A stretch of DNA of 64,000 bases, from assembly GCA_050287085.1 (NCBI GenBank), contig JBNKBE010000001.1, forward strand, positions 288,001 to 352,000, written 5' to 3'. Below, in pieces: positions 18,033 through 29,093 of the stretch. The translations under genes and the position numbers were made by a program. This DNA is from Polyangiaceae bacterium. Its GTDB lineage: Bacteria; Myxococcota_A; Polyangia; Polyangiales; Polyangiaceae. Positions within the stretch are counted from its first letter, which is position 1, and every line of letters starts with the position of its first letter. The notes under the pieces are model-generated. The model ran no database searches, was not told the origin of the DNA, and saw only the letters and a list, made by a program, of their open reading frames with translations.

Positions 18033-19259
18033 TCAGCCGCCGAAGTCGTCGAAGAGGATGTTCTCACGCTCCACACCGAGGTCGAGCAACATGTTGATCA
18101 CCGCATCGTTCATCATCGGTGGACCGCACAGATAGTACTCGCAGTCCTCCGGTGCGGGGTGATTCTTCAAGTACTCGTCATGCAAGACCTGATGGATGAA
18201 CCCCTTGTAGCCGGTCCAGTTGTCCTCTGGCAGTGGCGAACTCAGCGCAACATGCCACTTGAAGTTGTCGTTCTTGGCTTGGATCTCGTCGAAGTCCTCA
18301 ACGTAGAAGGCTTCACGCAAGCTGCGCGCGCCGTACCAGAAGCTGACCTTGCGCTTGGTATGAATGCGCTTGAACAGGTCGAAGATATGCGAGCGCATCG
18401 GCGCCATTCCAGCGCCGCCACCGACGAATACCATCTCGTTGTCGGTGTCGCGGGCGAAGAACTCGCCGAAGGGCCCCGATATCGTCACTTCATCGCCTGG
18501 CTTCAGGCTGAAGATGTACGAAGACATGATTCCGGGAGGAGCATCAGGAAGCTTCGGCGGCGGCGTTGCAATACGCACGTTGAGCATGATGATGCCCTCT
18601 TCGATGGGCGAGTTTGCCATCGAATACGCGCGCGTAACGCTCTCCTCAACCTTCGAGACGTAGCGCCAAAGATCGAACTTATCCCAATCTTCGCGGTACT
18701 GCTCCTCGATATCGAAGTCCTTGTAGTAAGCCGTGTGAGGCGGACACTCGATCTGAATGTACCCCCCCGCGCGAAACGGTACCGCTTCGCCTGGCGGCAG
18801 CTCCAAAACAAACTCCTTGATGAAGGTTGCAACGTTGTTGTTGGAGCGAACCTTGCACTGCCACTTTCGAACGCTGAAGATCTCTGGCTCGAGCTCGATC
18901 TTCATGTCCTGCTTCACTTTGACCTGACAGGACAGGCGGCAGCCTTCGCGGGCTTCGCCACGAGACACATGACCGAGCTCGGTCGGGAGAATGGCCCCCC
19001 CACCCTCGTGTACGTGCACCTTGCAAACGCCACAACTGCCCTTGCCTCCGCACGCCGAGGGAATGAAGATCTTGTTGGCTGAAAGTGTATTGAGCAGGGT
19101 GCTTCCGGCCGCGGTCCTCAGCGCCTTGGTGGGGTCATCATTGATGATGATCGTCACATCGCCGCTGGAGACCAGCTTCGCCTTCGCGAACATCAAGACC
19201 GCGACTAGGGCCAGGATGAGGACCGTAAAGCCCACTACTCCGAGTAGAATCGTTTCCAT
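18033..19259 (-). CDS. nqrF: Na+-translocating NADH:quinone reductase subunit F
   Basis: [49 protein letters not shown]. Confidence 0.98.
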   Translation of the reverse strand: METILLGVVGFTVLILALVAVLMFAKAKLVSSGDVTIIINDDPTKALRTAAGSTLLNTLSANKIFIPSACGGKGSCGVCKVHVHEGGGAILPTELGHVSRGEAREGCRLSCQVKVKQDMKIELEPEIFSVRKWQCKVRSNNNVATFIKEFVLELPPGEAVPFRAGGYIQIECPPHTAYYKDFDIEEQYREDWDKFDLWRYVSKVEESVTRAYSMANSPIEEGIIMLNVRIATPPPKLPDAPPGIMSSYIFSLKPGDEVTISGPFGEFFARDTDNEMVFVGGGAGMAPMRSHIFDLFKRIHTKRKVSFWYGARSLREAFYVEDFDEIQAKNDNFKWHVALSSPLPEDNWTGYKGFIHQVLHDEYLKNHPAPEDCEYYLCGPPMMNDAVINMLLDLGVERENILFDDFGG

Positions 19260-19298
19260 CAGTACTGTCGTAGAAAGATAGGGGGAGGGGTTGTACGG

Positions 19299-19910
19299 CT
19301 AGAGCTGAATGCCCGAAAAAGCCATGAAGCCGATGCTCATGAGCCCAACCACGACAAACGTGATCCCGAGCCCACGCAAAGGAGCGGGAACGTCGCTGTA
19401 ACGCAGCTTCTCACGGATCGCTGCGAGGGTCGCGATGGCCAGCAGCCAGCCAAAGCCGGAACCGACGCCAAACACAACGCTCTCACCGAAGCTGTAGTCA
19501 CGCTCCGTCATGAACAGCGAAGCGCCAAGGATCGCACAGTTGACGGCGATGAGCGGAAGAAACACGCCCAGGGCGTTGTAGAGCGCCGGCGCAAAGCGAT
19601 CGAGCGCCATTTCGACGATCTGCACGGTCGCCGCAATGGTGCCGATCAGCGTCAAAAAGGACAGGAAGGAGAGGTCTACGCCTTCCAGCCCGAAGGCGTC
19701 GAGCGCGCCAGGTTTGATCAGAGAGGCGTACAACACCTGGTTCAGCGGGCAGGTAACACCCAGCACGAACACAACGGCTGCACCCAGGCCGATCGCGGTA
19801 TCAACCTTCTTGGAGACGGCTAGAAAAGAGCACATCCCCAGGAAGAAGGCCAATGCCATGTTTTCAACGAAGATCGCCTTCGTGGCTAAGCTCAAGTAAT
19901 GCTCCAGCAC
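19299..19910 (-). CDS. nqrE: Na+-NQR subunit E
   Basis: [36 protein letters not shown]. Confidence 0.97.
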   Translation of the reverse strand: MLEHYLSLATKAIFVENMALAFFLGMCSFLAVSKKVDTAIGLGAAVVFVLGVTCPLNQVLYASLIKPGALDAFGLEGVDLSFLSFLTLIGTIAATVQIVEMALDRFAPALYNALGVFLPLIAVNCAILGASLFMTERDYSFGESVVFGVGSGFGWLLAIATLAAIREKLRYSDVPAPLRGLGITFVVVGLMSIGFMAFSGIQL

Positions 19911-20535
19911 TGAAGTCCTCCTCTACCTGTTCGGGTTTCTTGGAACGTAGGACCCAGATGAAGACGCCAATCAAGAAGAAGGCGGCTGGGGCCAAAACCA
20001 TCAGACCATTGGGCGTGTACCATCCGCCCTCAGTTACGGGCTTGAGCACGGTCATGCCGAAGACCTTGCCCGTGCCGAATAGCTCACGGAAGAATGCCAC
20101 TACCATCAGAACCAGACCGTAGCCGAGGCCATTGCCCACGCCGTCGATAGCGCTGAGCCCCGGTGGGTTCTGCATGGCAAACGCCTCCGCGCGTCCCATC
20201 ACAATGCAGTTGGTGATGATGAGACCTACGAAAACGCTCAGCTGCTTGCTGATGTCGTAGACGAAGGCCTTGAGCACCTGGTCGGTGATAATCACCAGCG
20301 ACGCAATAATGCTCAGCTGAACGATGATACGAATACTCGGCGGGATCAGATTGCGAATCAAACTGATCGCGACATTGGATAGCGCTGTGACCGCAGTCAC
20401 GGCGAGCGTCATGACAAACGCCGTCTCCATCTTTGTCGTCACCGCCAACGCTGAGCAGATGCCGAGCACCTGCAGCGCGATGGGGTTGTTGTTGGTTAGC
20501 GGATCTAGGAGCGCTTCTCGGGTTGCCTTATTCAT
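19864..20535 (-). CDS. nqrD: Na+-NQR subunit D
   Basis: [38 protein letters not shown]. Confidence 0.97.
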   Translation of the reverse strand: MNKATREALLDPLTNNNPIALQVLGICSALAVTTKMETAFVMTLAVTAVTALSNVAISLIRNLIPPSIRIIVQLSIIASLVIITDQVLKAFVYDISKQLSVFVGLIITNCIVMGRAEAFAMQNPPGLSAIDGVGNGLGYGLVLMVVAFFRELFGTGKVFGMTVLKPVTEGGWYTPNGLMVLAPAAFFLIGVFIWVLRSKKPEQVEEDFSAGALLELSHEGDLR

Positions 20536-20553
20536 GCTGCGATCTCCTCGAAA

Positions 20554-21396
20554 CTATTTCCGATACGAATCCACCGAAGGGTGGTTCGCGGGAAGCTCAA
20601 GCGAACGTGGGCGGGCAGCGGACGCGGACGTGCCTTTCTGCCGCTGGATGTAGGGACCGAAACCGTTCTTGCCGAGCCAAAACTGTACGAGATGGGTCAC
20701 CCCGCGGCTCGTAAGCGTAGCTCCGGAAAGACCGTCAACGTGGAAGGGATCCTCTGCTGGGGTCCCAGCCTGGCCCTTTTTAACCTCGATCTTCGGGGTA
20801 CCGTCGGGGCCGAAGGCCTTGCGGTCCGGCCACAACCCCTTCCAGCGAGGATTGTCAACCTCGCCGCCGAGACCAGGCGTCTCGCCGTGCTCGTAGAAGG
20901 TGATGCCGCGAATGGTGGCTAGATCCGCATCCACAGCGAGGTAGCCATAGAGCGTGGACCACAATCCTTTTCCTTCGATGGGAAAGATGTAGGTGGCCGT
21001 CTTGCCATCCTTCTCGAGACGATAGACAAGCGCGTGCTTGGGCAAACGAAGGACCTTCGCCGGGTTCTCGGGGGCCTCGACGCTGGCAGCCGGGTCGGCC
21101 TTCGCCGCCTGCTGATCGAACGTCGCAACGTCCACGTCCGGACTTGGTGCGCCCGTACTCAGTTCGATGACTTCGGGCTTGATGTTCTGCTCATAGCGAG
21201 AACGCACTTCGTCGGGGGTGAGTTTCTCCCCTTCCTCGAGTAGTCCCGCTACCCCCAGCACCTTCTCCTGCCGGTCGAGCACCTTGTTTTCGGCCTGACG
21301 CTCGCGCAACAACACGGCGGACCCAGCCACGAAGATAGAGCAAACGACGCAGATCGTCGCCGCAAACGTAACGATGTAGCGAACACTATGCTGCAC
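20554..21396 (-). CDS. nqrC: Na+-NQR subunit C
   Basis: [21 protein letters not shown], flavinylation motif [13 protein letters not shown] start overlapping nqrB stop. Confidence 0.96.
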   Translation of the reverse strand: MQHSVRYIVTFAATICVVCSIFVAGSAVLLRERQAENKVLDRQEKVLGVAGLLEEGEKLTPDEVRSRYEQNIKPEVIELSTGAPSPDVDVATFDQQAAKADPAASVEAPENPAKVLRLPKHALVYRLEKDGKTATYIFPIEGKGLWSTLYGYLAVDADLATIRGITFYEHGETPGLGGEVDNPRWKGLWPDRKAFGPDGTPKIEVKKGQAGTPAEDPFHVDGLSGATLTSRGVTHLVQFWLGKNGFGPYIQRQKGTSASAARPRSLELPANHPSVDSYRK

Positions 21397-22609
21397 TGCG
21401 CGCGAGCCTCCGTTTGATATTTGCCTGAACAACGAAGTGGTCGATGAGCGGCGCAAACATATTCATGAACAAGATGGCGAGCATCATGCCCTCCGGATAG
21501 GCCGGATTCACCACGCGAACCAACACCACCATGATGCCGATGCCGAGTCCGTAGCAAAACTTGCCGATGTCGGTGAACGCCGAAGAAACCGGGTCGGTGG
21601 CCATGAAGACGGCGCCGAAAGCCCAGCCACCCAGAACGACGTGCCACTGAAACGGCACGGCGAACATCGGGTTCGTGTCCGAACCGACGCTGTTCAACAA
21701 TAGTGACATGGCAAGCGTGCCCGCGGCGACGCCGACCATCGTGCGCCACGAGCCGACGCCAGTCGCGACGAGCACCACCGCACCCAGCAAGCACGCCAAG
21801 GTTGAGGTCTCTCCCATGGAGCCCGGGATGAACCCCAGGAATGCCTGCTTCCACGCCTCACCATCGGCGAAGTTGATGGCATCAACCGCCGACGCCGCCT
21901 GCCCCAACAACGTTGCGCCACTGAGGCCGTCGATGCCGGAGAAGTCGGCCGCAATCCACGCTTGATCACCGCTGATGGCAGCGGGATAGGCAAAGAATAG
22001 GAAGGCCCGCGCCGTGAGCGCGGGGTTCAGAAAGTTCATCCCGACGCCGCCAAAAACCTCTTTGGCGAACACCACGCCGAAAGCAACACCGAGCGCTGCC
22101 TGCCAGAGTGGCATGGTGGGTGGTAGCGTTAGCGGCAGCAGCGCGCCCGTCACCAAGAAGCCTTCCGTTATTTCGTGACCGCGGGCAACGCAGAAGGCGA
22201 CTTCAATGTTGCCGCCGACGAACATAATGACCGCATAAAGCGGCAGGAAGTACAGCGCCCCGTGCACCATATTGGCAACGAAGTCACCCGGGTCGTTCAG
22301 GGAAAAACCCAACGCTGAGAAGAGATTCGTCTGCCAGTCGTCGAGGGGCTTGGCCCCGGCCGCGATGGCCTGGTGGGCTTGAAAGCCAGTGTTATACAGC
22401 GCCATCAACATGCACGGAAGTAGCGCGAGCACCACCATGATCATCATGCGCTTCTGATCGATTCCGTCGCGCACGTGCGAAGAGCTCTTCGTCACCTGGC
22501 CCGGCGTGAATAGAAACGTGTCAATACCCTCGTACAGAGGGTAGAGCTTCTCGTACTTGCCGCCCTTTTCGAAAAGCGGCGCCAACTTATCCAACTGCTC
22601 CCGCAGCAT
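21386..22609 (-). CDS. nqrB: Na+-NQR subunit B
   Basis: [52 protein letters not shown]. Confidence 0.97.
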   Translation of the reverse strand: MLREQLDKLAPLFEKGGKYEKLYPLYEGIDTFLFTPGQVTKSSSHVRDGIDQKRMMIMVVLALLPCMLMALYNTGFQAHQAIAAGAKPLDDWQTNLFSALGFSLNDPGDFVANMVHGALYFLPLYAVIMFVGGNIEVAFCVARGHEITEGFLVTGALLPLTLPPTMPLWQAALGVAFGVVFAKEVFGGVGMNFLNPALTARAFLFFAYPAAISGDQAWIAADFSGIDGLSGATLLGQAASAVDAINFADGEAWKQAFLGFIPGSMGETSTLACLLGAVVLVATGVGSWRTMVGVAAGTLAMSLLLNSVGSDTNPMFAVPFQWHVVLGGWAFGAVFMATDPVSSAFTDIGKFCYGLGIGIMVVLVRVVNPAYPEGMMLAILFMNMFAPLIDHFVVQANIKRRLARSAA

Positions 22610-23988
22610 CAGCCTTCCTCCTCAATGGTTTGGAGGTTCTTGCGGAGAATGAGACCGTAGTTGGTCTTCCCCGGACATACGAATGTGCAAAGCGCGAGGT
22701 CTTCCTCGTCGAGCTCAAGCGCTCCCAATTGCTCCGCCCGTTCGGTGTCACCCACCGCAAGGGCACGCAGCAAAAAGGTGGGCAGGATGTCCATCGGCAT
22801 TACCTTCTCGTACATGCCCAGCGGGACCATGTGTCGAGGCGAGCCGTGGGTGGTGGTCGTGAACCCGAACTTCTTGGGTCCAAACAGCTTCGAAACGAAA
22901 AGCGGCAGCACCGAGAACGTGTTTGCACCGGGCGCTAGCCAGCCGAGAAGTTCGCGCTTCGTGCCTTCTTCCAACACGCTGATCTGCTGGTGGAAGCGCC
23001 CGAGGTAGCCGAAAGTCTCGCCGTTGGCCTTCTTGCCGCTCAGAACCGAGCCGCTGATTACGCGGTAAGAGCTCTCTTTGCCGTCGAACTCGCCTTCGAG
23101 CACGTCGCTCAGGCTTGCCCCCAGGCGAGTCTTGACGAGGCGCGGGCGCTGAACCGGCGGCCCCGCTACCGAAACGACTCGCGTTACATCTAAGCGACCG
23201 GTCTGAAACAGCTTTCCGATCGCAATCACGTCTTGGTACCCTACGTGCCAGGCCACGCGGGTGCGGCTGACCGGGTACAACGTGTGGATGTGCAACCCGA
23301 CGGTTCCAGACGGATGCGGTCCGTCGAACTCTTCTACTGCGACGGGCGCCCCACCCGCGCCGATGCCCGAGCCAGCTCGGACGCAAAGGAACGTCGTCCC
23401 TGCCGTCAGCTTTGCGACCACCCGCAAGCCCGCAGCAAATGCGTCTGCCTCAGCGCCAATGAGCACCGCGGGATCCGGGGCCAGCGGATTGCTATCGGTG
23501 GCGGTCACGAACAACGCGCCAGGTTCGGCGTCGAGCGCCGGGGTGGTGCTGAACGGACGAGAGCGAAGGGCGGTCCATAGCCCCGCCTCATTCATGAGTT
23601 GAACGACCTCGCCGCGAGTGAGCGAGTCGATCGCCTTGCCGGAAAAGTGTTCGAAGGTGACGTGTTCGGCGGAGGCCTCCCCCGCCAACTCCCCTTCACT
23701 CAAGTGGATGACAACCGACTGCAGCGCGCGGCGAGCACCGCGATGAATTGCCACCACCTTGCCAGCGGCAGGCGCCACGAAGCGCACCCCCGCGACCTTG
23801 CGGTTCTCGAACAACAGCTGCCCGCGCGCCACCAAGTCTCCTTCTTGGACGGCCATGCGAGGCTTCATCCCGGGATAGTCGTCGGCGACGAGCGCAACGC
23901 GTTGGACGCGGGGTTCGCCTGCGAGCTGTTGGGTGGGCTCTCCTGCGATAGGCAAGTCCAAGCCTTTGGATATCTTATGCAGTGCCAT
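22609..23988 (-). CDS. nqrA: Na+-NQR subunit A
   Basis: [40 protein letters not shown]. Confidence 0.97.
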   Translation of the reverse strand: MALHKISKGLDLPIAGEPTQQLAGEPRVQRVALVADDYPGMKPRMAVQEGDLVARGQLLFENRKVAGVRFVAPAAGKVVAIHRGARRALQSVVIHLSEGELAGEASAEHVTFEHFSGKAIDSLTRGEVVQLMNEAGLWTALRSRPFSTTPALDAEPGALFVTATDSNPLAPDPAVLIGAEADAFAAGLRVVAKLTAGTTFLCVRAGSGIGAGGAPVAVEEFDGPHPSGTVGLHIHTLYPVSRTRVAWHVGYQDVIAIGKLFQTGRLDVTRVVSVAGPPVQRPRLVKTRLGASLSDVLEGEFDGKESSYRVISGSVLSGKKANGETFGYLGRFHQQISVLEEGTKRELLGWLAPGANTFSVLPLFVSKLFGPKKFGFTTTTHGSPRHMVPLGMYEKVMPMDILPTFLLRALAVGDTERAEQLGALELDEEDLALCTFVCPGKTNYGLILRKNLQTIEEEG

Positions 23989-24432
23989 TCAGTCTCTTCT
24001 AGTTGAAGGCCAAAGGGCGCCCTCCAGCCTTAGGGCGGTCAGCCATGACCGTTCGGTCGTCGATATGAGTTGAACTTACCTAAAGGAGGAACTCGATGAC
24101 GGACGGTGATCACTGAGAGGGGCACCCGGGTGCCACGGTGTGGGCAGCCATCAAAGCGGGACTGCCGACGGGCCGTGAATATTCGAAAGCGGCGGCTTTT
24201 GCCTGCGAAAAGTGTCGCATCGGAAAAAAACCCCAGGAGGATTTCGAACCGGGGGCTGAGCCCCAGACCGGGTCGAAACGACCATCTAGGTACAACTGCC
24301 TCTAGCGCCATGGGAATCGGCCAGAATCACTGGATCCACCATCGGTAGCCGGATCCGGCCCTTGGCAAGGCGAATCAGAATCAGGGCTTGAGCAACACGC
24401 ACGACCCAGCCTAGGAGCTAATTTGGAGCGTT

Positions 24433-25392
24433 ATGGTCGTCGAAAACGCAACAACAGGTCCATCCTTTGCCCCGATTTCAACGAGGAAGGTGCAACTGGC
24501 AGCGGTCCTGTGTGCCAGCCAGATGATATTCTGTGCTTGCCGCGACGAGGAAGAGCCCGGGGGGTCCGATGTCGCTGGGCGCGACGCGGCGGTCGAAATG
24601 GATCGCAGGGACGCTACGGCGGCGGACTCGAGTCCACCGAAGGCCGGCTCTGGATGCCGCGCGGAGGTGTTCGAACTCGACGGAAGTCGCAACGATTTCG
24701 AGTCCCTCGAGGGGCGCGTCGTCGATGAAGAGGGCCAGGGCGTGCCCAACACAAGCGCTCAGGCATGTGGCTCCAACGTCTGCCTGGCCTCGGAAACGGA
24801 CGCTGAGGGCAAGGTCTTGATTCGCCAGATCGAGGAACTCGAGAATCTGGCCTTCAAATACGGTGACGGTCGACGCTGGGCGCAGTTCGCGTTGGCTCTG
24901 GACGCAGGTCCCAACTACGATCTGGGCGACCAGGTGACCTTCTCACTTCCCAAGGCCGAAAGCGAGGCCCCCCTCGGAACGGGTGTGTCTCGGAGTGGGG
25001 GCGTGAAGCTCACGGTGGCTGACGAAGCAACCATAAGCTTTGCTCCGCTAACGCGGGCCGAAGATAAGGTCTTCGCTGCAGCGAGCTACTCCGGCTCGCC
25101 CTTGCCCGAGGCATTGGCCCGAGCGAAGGCTGAAATGGTGGTGTTCATAGCCCCCGCCCACGCCGAAATATGCCCTCCGGCAGAGCTATCGGTTCCCAAC
25201 GATATCGACCTCGCGCCGGGCACAGCGGTTGAGTTCATCTACCACAACACGGACGTGTTCTCTCGCTACGCGCCCTACGGCGGCAACGCCGCGGTGGCAA
25301 AAGGTCATGTCAGCGAGGACGGGAAGACGATTCTCACAGATCCTACCTCTGGACTGCCGGTCTTGGGAGCGATCGGGATCCGCCCGCGATGA
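24433..25392 (+). CDS. Hypothetical lipoprotein with carboxypeptidase-regulatory-like beta domain
   Basis: Hydrophobic segment + CAC; GRVVDEEGQGVPN..AQACG..VC..ETDAEG; ATGA overlap with next gene. Confidence 0.6.
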   Translation: MVVENATTGPSFAPISTRKVQLAAVLCASQMIFCACRDEEEPGGSDVAGRDAAVEMDRRDATAADSSPPKAGSGCRAEVFELDGSRNDFESLEGRVVDEEGQGVPNTSAQACGSNVCLASETDAEGKVLIRQIEELENLAFKYGDGRRWAQFALALDAGPNYDLGDQVTFSLPKAESEAPLGTGVSRSGGVKLTVADEATISFAPLTRAEDKVFAAASYSGSPLPEALARAKAEMVVFIAPAHAEICPPAELSVPNDIDLAPGTAVEFIYHNTDVFSRYAPYGGNAAVAKGHVSEDGKTILTDPTSGLPVLGAIGIRPR

Positions 25393-26066
25393 AGCTCAGC
25401 GGGCGCCGGTCAGCGTGGGCTCATCGCGCTGCAGCCTGGGCCGCGCTCGGCCTCGCTGGCTGTGGCGTATCGGCCAACGACGAGCTGCCCGATGAGCTGC
25501 TATCCGCCCTGCGCGAAGGCCGCTCAACATCACAGTATCCAGCAGGTCCCTACGGCAAACAAGTGGGCGACACGGCAGCCAACATCTGTATAGAAGGCTG
25601 GCCAAACCCGCGTAAGTCCCGTTTTTCGGCGGACGCCCTCGAGACGATTTGCCTGGCGGACTTCTACGCTCCAGACGCAAGCAGTCCCCGTGTTCTGCTG
25701 CTCAATACTGGGGCTGTGTGGTGCACGGCGTGCCAGGTCGAATATGCCGGAACGGGCACACGGCCGAGCCTGGAGCAACACCTGGACGAGCGGCGGGAAC
25801 GCGGCCTGGACGCGCTTGGGGTGTTGTTTCAGAACGCCGATCGCGACCCGGCCCAGGCCGCCGACGCGATCGCCTGGGCCGAAGCCTTTGATGTTGGATT
25901 CCCGTTCGGAATGGACGCTCCGTTTGCGGTGGGAGCGTTTGCCGATCCGCTGGTCCAGCCGACGAGCATCGTAATCGATGCACGCACGATGAAAGTCCTC
26001 CTGCGCATCGAGGGAGACGAGCCTGCAACCCTATGGCCTTTTATCGACGCTGCGCTCGCCGAGTAG
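25389..26066 (+). CDS. TlpA/thioredoxin-like lipoprotein
   Basis: LAGC lipobox, YPAGPYG, LLLNTGAVWCTACQ (WCxxC), cis-Pro loop QPTSIVID. Confidence 0.82.
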   Translation: MKLSGRRSAWAHRAAAWAALGLAGCGVSANDELPDELLSALREGRSTSQYPAGPYGKQVGDTAANICIEGWPNPRKSRFSADALETICLADFYAPDASSPRVLLLNTGAVWCTACQVEYAGTGTRPSLEQHLDERRERGLDALGVLFQNADRDPAQAADAIAWAEAFDVGFPFGMDAPFAVGAFADPLVQPTSIVIDARTMKVLLRIEGDEPATLWPFIDAALAE

Positions 26067-26151
26067 TGAGCTTGGAGCCACTCCTGGATCTACCCCTCCC
26101 AGACCGGCGCGACGCAGCAGCTCGTGTAGAACCGGTTGTTTGTGGGTGCCG

Positions 26152-28068
26152 ATGAAGCAGTTCTGGCTTGGCGCGACCAGCGTCTGCTGCGCACTACTGG
26201 GCATGACCCGCACAAGCGCCGCGCTCGACACCGGGCTACAGGTTGCCGGCCAACCCCTCAACGTCGCTGCTACAGACGTAACGAGCGTGGTCATCAATGG
26301 CAACAACCGCAACAGCCGCGGGGGCGACATCGCGTCCGAGCTGGACGACGATTGGAGCCTTGTCCATCACCGGCTGTACTTGCAGTCCTCCAACCTGAGC
26401 CCCGCGTTACCCTTGAGATTCAGCCTGCGGCTCGACACGGCCCTCTTTCCGTGGAGCCGAAGCCCCGTAGGCGTTGCGCTGGCCCTGACAGATCGAGCGC
26501 GTTCGGGTCCGGGATACTCCGCTGCCGACGCCGACTACTTCCGCACCAAACTGAGTCAAGGCGGAACGGACCTAGCGTCGCGCTTCGTCAGCTGGACCTA
26601 CCCTGCCAAGTGGCAGCTCAGCTACCACGGCCAGCGCGGTGCTGTCACCGTGGGAGACTTCAGCGAACAGTTTGGGCGTGGTTTGGTCCTGAGCGTCCGG
26701 AAGAATGACGAGCTGCAAGGCGATACCAGTATTCGGGGGATTCGCCTTCGGGGCCACGTCGACTTCCACCCTACGGACTCGCCACTACGAGCCAGCGCGA
26801 CGGTATTGGGCGGCACGCTGAACCCACTGCGCCTGGATCCGAGCAGTGGACGCATCCTGGGCACGACGCCCTCCGTGCTCCGAGGTCTTGGTCCTGTCAC
26901 GGAGTTTGGCATGCCCAGAGCCATCGCCACAGACTTCGGTCCAGCAGCCCCCAACTTTGCGCCCGACAGCGTGTTTGGCGGCGAAGTCAGCTTGTCGCAC
27001 GCCGGGCGCAGCCTGAGCTTCGCGGCCATCCAACTGCGGCGTCCGTGCGTCCGCGCGGGCGAGACATGCCATTCGCTGGCGGCCGACCGCGTGCGAGCCG
27101 CCCCCAGCATAACCCAAGGAAGTGCGGCGCTGGACTTGCCGACCCTCCCCGACTCCGCGTTATACGTAGAAGCGGCTTGGCAGCAATTGGAGGCCCGAAG
27201 CGGCACTCGCAACCCCAAAATGGGATATGCCGCCTACGGCAGCCTAAACACCGAGTTGGGATCGGTGGCGCTCACGCTCGAGGCAAAACACTACCGGGCG
27301 TTCTTTCCGCTGAGGGCCAGCGTGGACTTGGGCCGTGCGAGAGAGTTTTCGCAACTGCAATACAGCACGCCACCAACCACCGAGCCCGTGTGGAACGATA
27401 CGGAGTTCGAAGGTTTCAACACGTGCGTCAGTGGGGGACGAGCCAAAGCTGACTACCACTTTTCTCGTCGCCACAGCGCATTCGCTTGGCTCGCCCACTA
27501 CCGCACCTGGGCCGAAAGTAGCGCCGCCGACGACTGCCGAATCACCCGGGAGAACGAGAACGCCGTCTGGGATGCGGCTCAAGGGGTGTCGCTCAGCTCG
27601 CGGAACAATGGCTTGACCGCGACGACCAGTGTTGGAACCCGCTTCGACGATACGGCCCGCGCTCTGGCCGGTTTCGGAGCTGGTTCACACGTTTTCTACC
27701 GGGAAGTGTACACCCGCTACGACCTCGGGGCCCGGCTTGGCAATGGGGTCTCGCTGCAGCTGCTTGGACTGGCACGACGCCGGCGACAAACCCTCGGAGG
27801 CCCCACGGCGCCCTGGTGGCAGGGGCAAAACTCACTGGCACTGCGGCTCGGCAACGCCTGGTGGATGGCCGCTGGCTTCGACTACACGCAGAACCCCGCC
27901 TTTCCGCCCACCTACGTCAATGGGCAACTCAAATACAGCCTGTCAACGGCTGACAGCATCGCGCTATTTGCCGGGCAGCGCCAGGGTGGACTGCGCTGCG
28001 TCTCGGGCGTGTGTCGAGTCTTCCCCCCCTTCGAGGGGGCAAGACTCGAGGCTACGTTTCGCTTCTAG
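26152..28068 (+). CDS. DUF6029-like outer-membrane beta-barrel protein
   Basis: TVGDFSEQFGRGLVLS, DTSIRG, C-terminal GQRQGGLRCVSGVCRVFPPFEGARLEATFRF ending in Phe. Confidence 0.72.
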   Translation: MKQFWLGATSVCCALLGMTRTSAALDTGLQVAGQPLNVAATDVTSVVINGNNRNSRGGDIASELDDDWSLVHHRLYLQSSNLSPALPLRFSLRLDTALFPWSRSPVGVALALTDRARSGPGYSAADADYFRTKLSQGGTDLASRFVSWTYPAKWQLSYHGQRGAVTVGDFSEQFGRGLVLSVRKNDELQGDTSIRGIRLRGHVDFHPTDSPLRASATVLGGTLNPLRLDPSSGRILGTTPSVLRGLGPVTEFGMPRAIATDFGPAAPNFAPDSVFGGEVSLSHAGRSLSFAAIQLRRPCVRAGETCHSLAADRVRAAPSITQGSAALDLPTLPDSALYVEAAWQQLEARSGTRNPKMGYAAYGSLNTELGSVALTLEAKHYRAFFPLRASVDLGRAREFSQLQYSTPPTTEPVWNDTEFEGFNTCVSGGRAKADYHFSRRHSAFAWLAHYRTWAESSAADDCRITRENENAVWDAAQGVSLSSRNNGLTATTSVGTRFDDTARALAGFGAGSHVFYREVYTRYDLGARLGNGVSLQLLGLARRRRQTLGGPTAPWWQGQNSLALRLGNAWWMAAGFDYTQNPAFPPTYVNGQLKYSLSTADSIALFAGQRQGGLRCVSGVCRVFPPFEGARLEATFRF

Positions 28069-28098
28069 GATGCTGGCGCGCTTCAGCGCTCGTGGAGC

Positions 28099-28797
28099 TC
28101 AATCGAAGCTGACGCCATCGACACCAACGCCTTCCGGGTCCGCGCTGAGTGCCACGACGAGGCTCGCGCCATCACGGCTGAGCACAAGCTCCACGAGCGT
28201 TCCAAGCGGCAGCACGCCCCCCTCCAGTTCGGGTGCGGCCTTTTCGATTTGCCACGGGAAGTACCCAAACGCGAGCACCTCGTCTTCGCGATACAAGAGC
28301 CGAAGCACGGGCTCATAGCCCGCCTCCGGCGCCGAAACACCACCGAGCAGAGAATAGGATCGCCGCCCCGTGTCCACGTGCAAACAAACGCTCCCCGAGC
28401 CGAAGCCGGACCCGTCATCCTCAGGCGCTACCCGGGCGTCTCCTCCGGCATCCGCGCCGGGCGCAGGGGTCAGCTCACCTTCTGTCGGCGCCATGTCGAC
28501 CACCGCACCAGGCGTCAACAGACTAGCGGCATCGATATCGGGTATGCCCGCATCCGCGTGCTTCGGTCGCGGCGGGCTAGCGCCGGCATCATCCGGGTCG
28601 GACCTAGGTGGAGTGCTCGTGCCCCCGTCGGGGGACGGCCCCGGGGGAGCAGCGCCGCCGCCATCGTCGTCGCTGCTCCGATCCGGTGGGCCCGCGTCAA
28701 GCTTTTTGCTCTCATTGGAACACCCCGCGAACGATAATGTCAGGACGGCAAGCCCACAGCGGAGCGACAGGCGGTAATAACGCAACCCAATAGGCAT
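28099..28797 (-). CDS. Hypothetical lipoprotein (DAG-rich low-complexity N-terminus)
   Basis: FAGC lipobox after ATG 28797; DAG/PDGG repeats typical of myxobacterial lipoproteins. Confidence 0.6.
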   Translation of the reverse strand: MPIGLRYYRLSLRCGLAVLTLSFAGCSNESKKLDAGPPDRSSDDDGGGAAPPGPSPDGGTSTPPRSDPDDAGASPPRPKHADAGIPDIDAASLLTPGAVVDMAPTEGELTPAPGADAGGDARVAPEDDGSGFGSGSVCLHVDTGRRSYSLLGGVSAPEAGYEPVLRLLYREDEVLAFGYFPWQIEKAAPELEGGVLPLGTLVELVLSRDGASLVVALSADPEGVGVDGVSFD

Positions 28798-29093
28798 CTG
28801 GCCAGTATTCCACGCGTCTGCCCCTTTGCCCAGCCGCACGGCGGCGCGTCCCAACACAGGCCCCTCAGGTCTCCCCAGTGCCGGATCGGTGCGCACACCT
28901 TGACTTCTCGACTCCATGCACCGGCCCGCTGGGGTTGGCCCGCCCCCGTGAGCTACGAGGGTCAACCACAGCCTCCTACCAGGCTCACGACATCCCGCCG
29001 TGTTTGCCACCAAGCGAGTCCGATAGTGCTACTCTGATGCCGAGACGCTCCCGGTCTGGTCGGTTCCGGGATACAGGTAGGAAACGAGCGAGA

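Noticed and set aside
24121..24134. Perfect 14-bp palindrome GGCACCCGGGTGCC upstream of nqrA as an operator
   Set aside because: Single GC-rich copy with no match to a motif I recognise; could be chance
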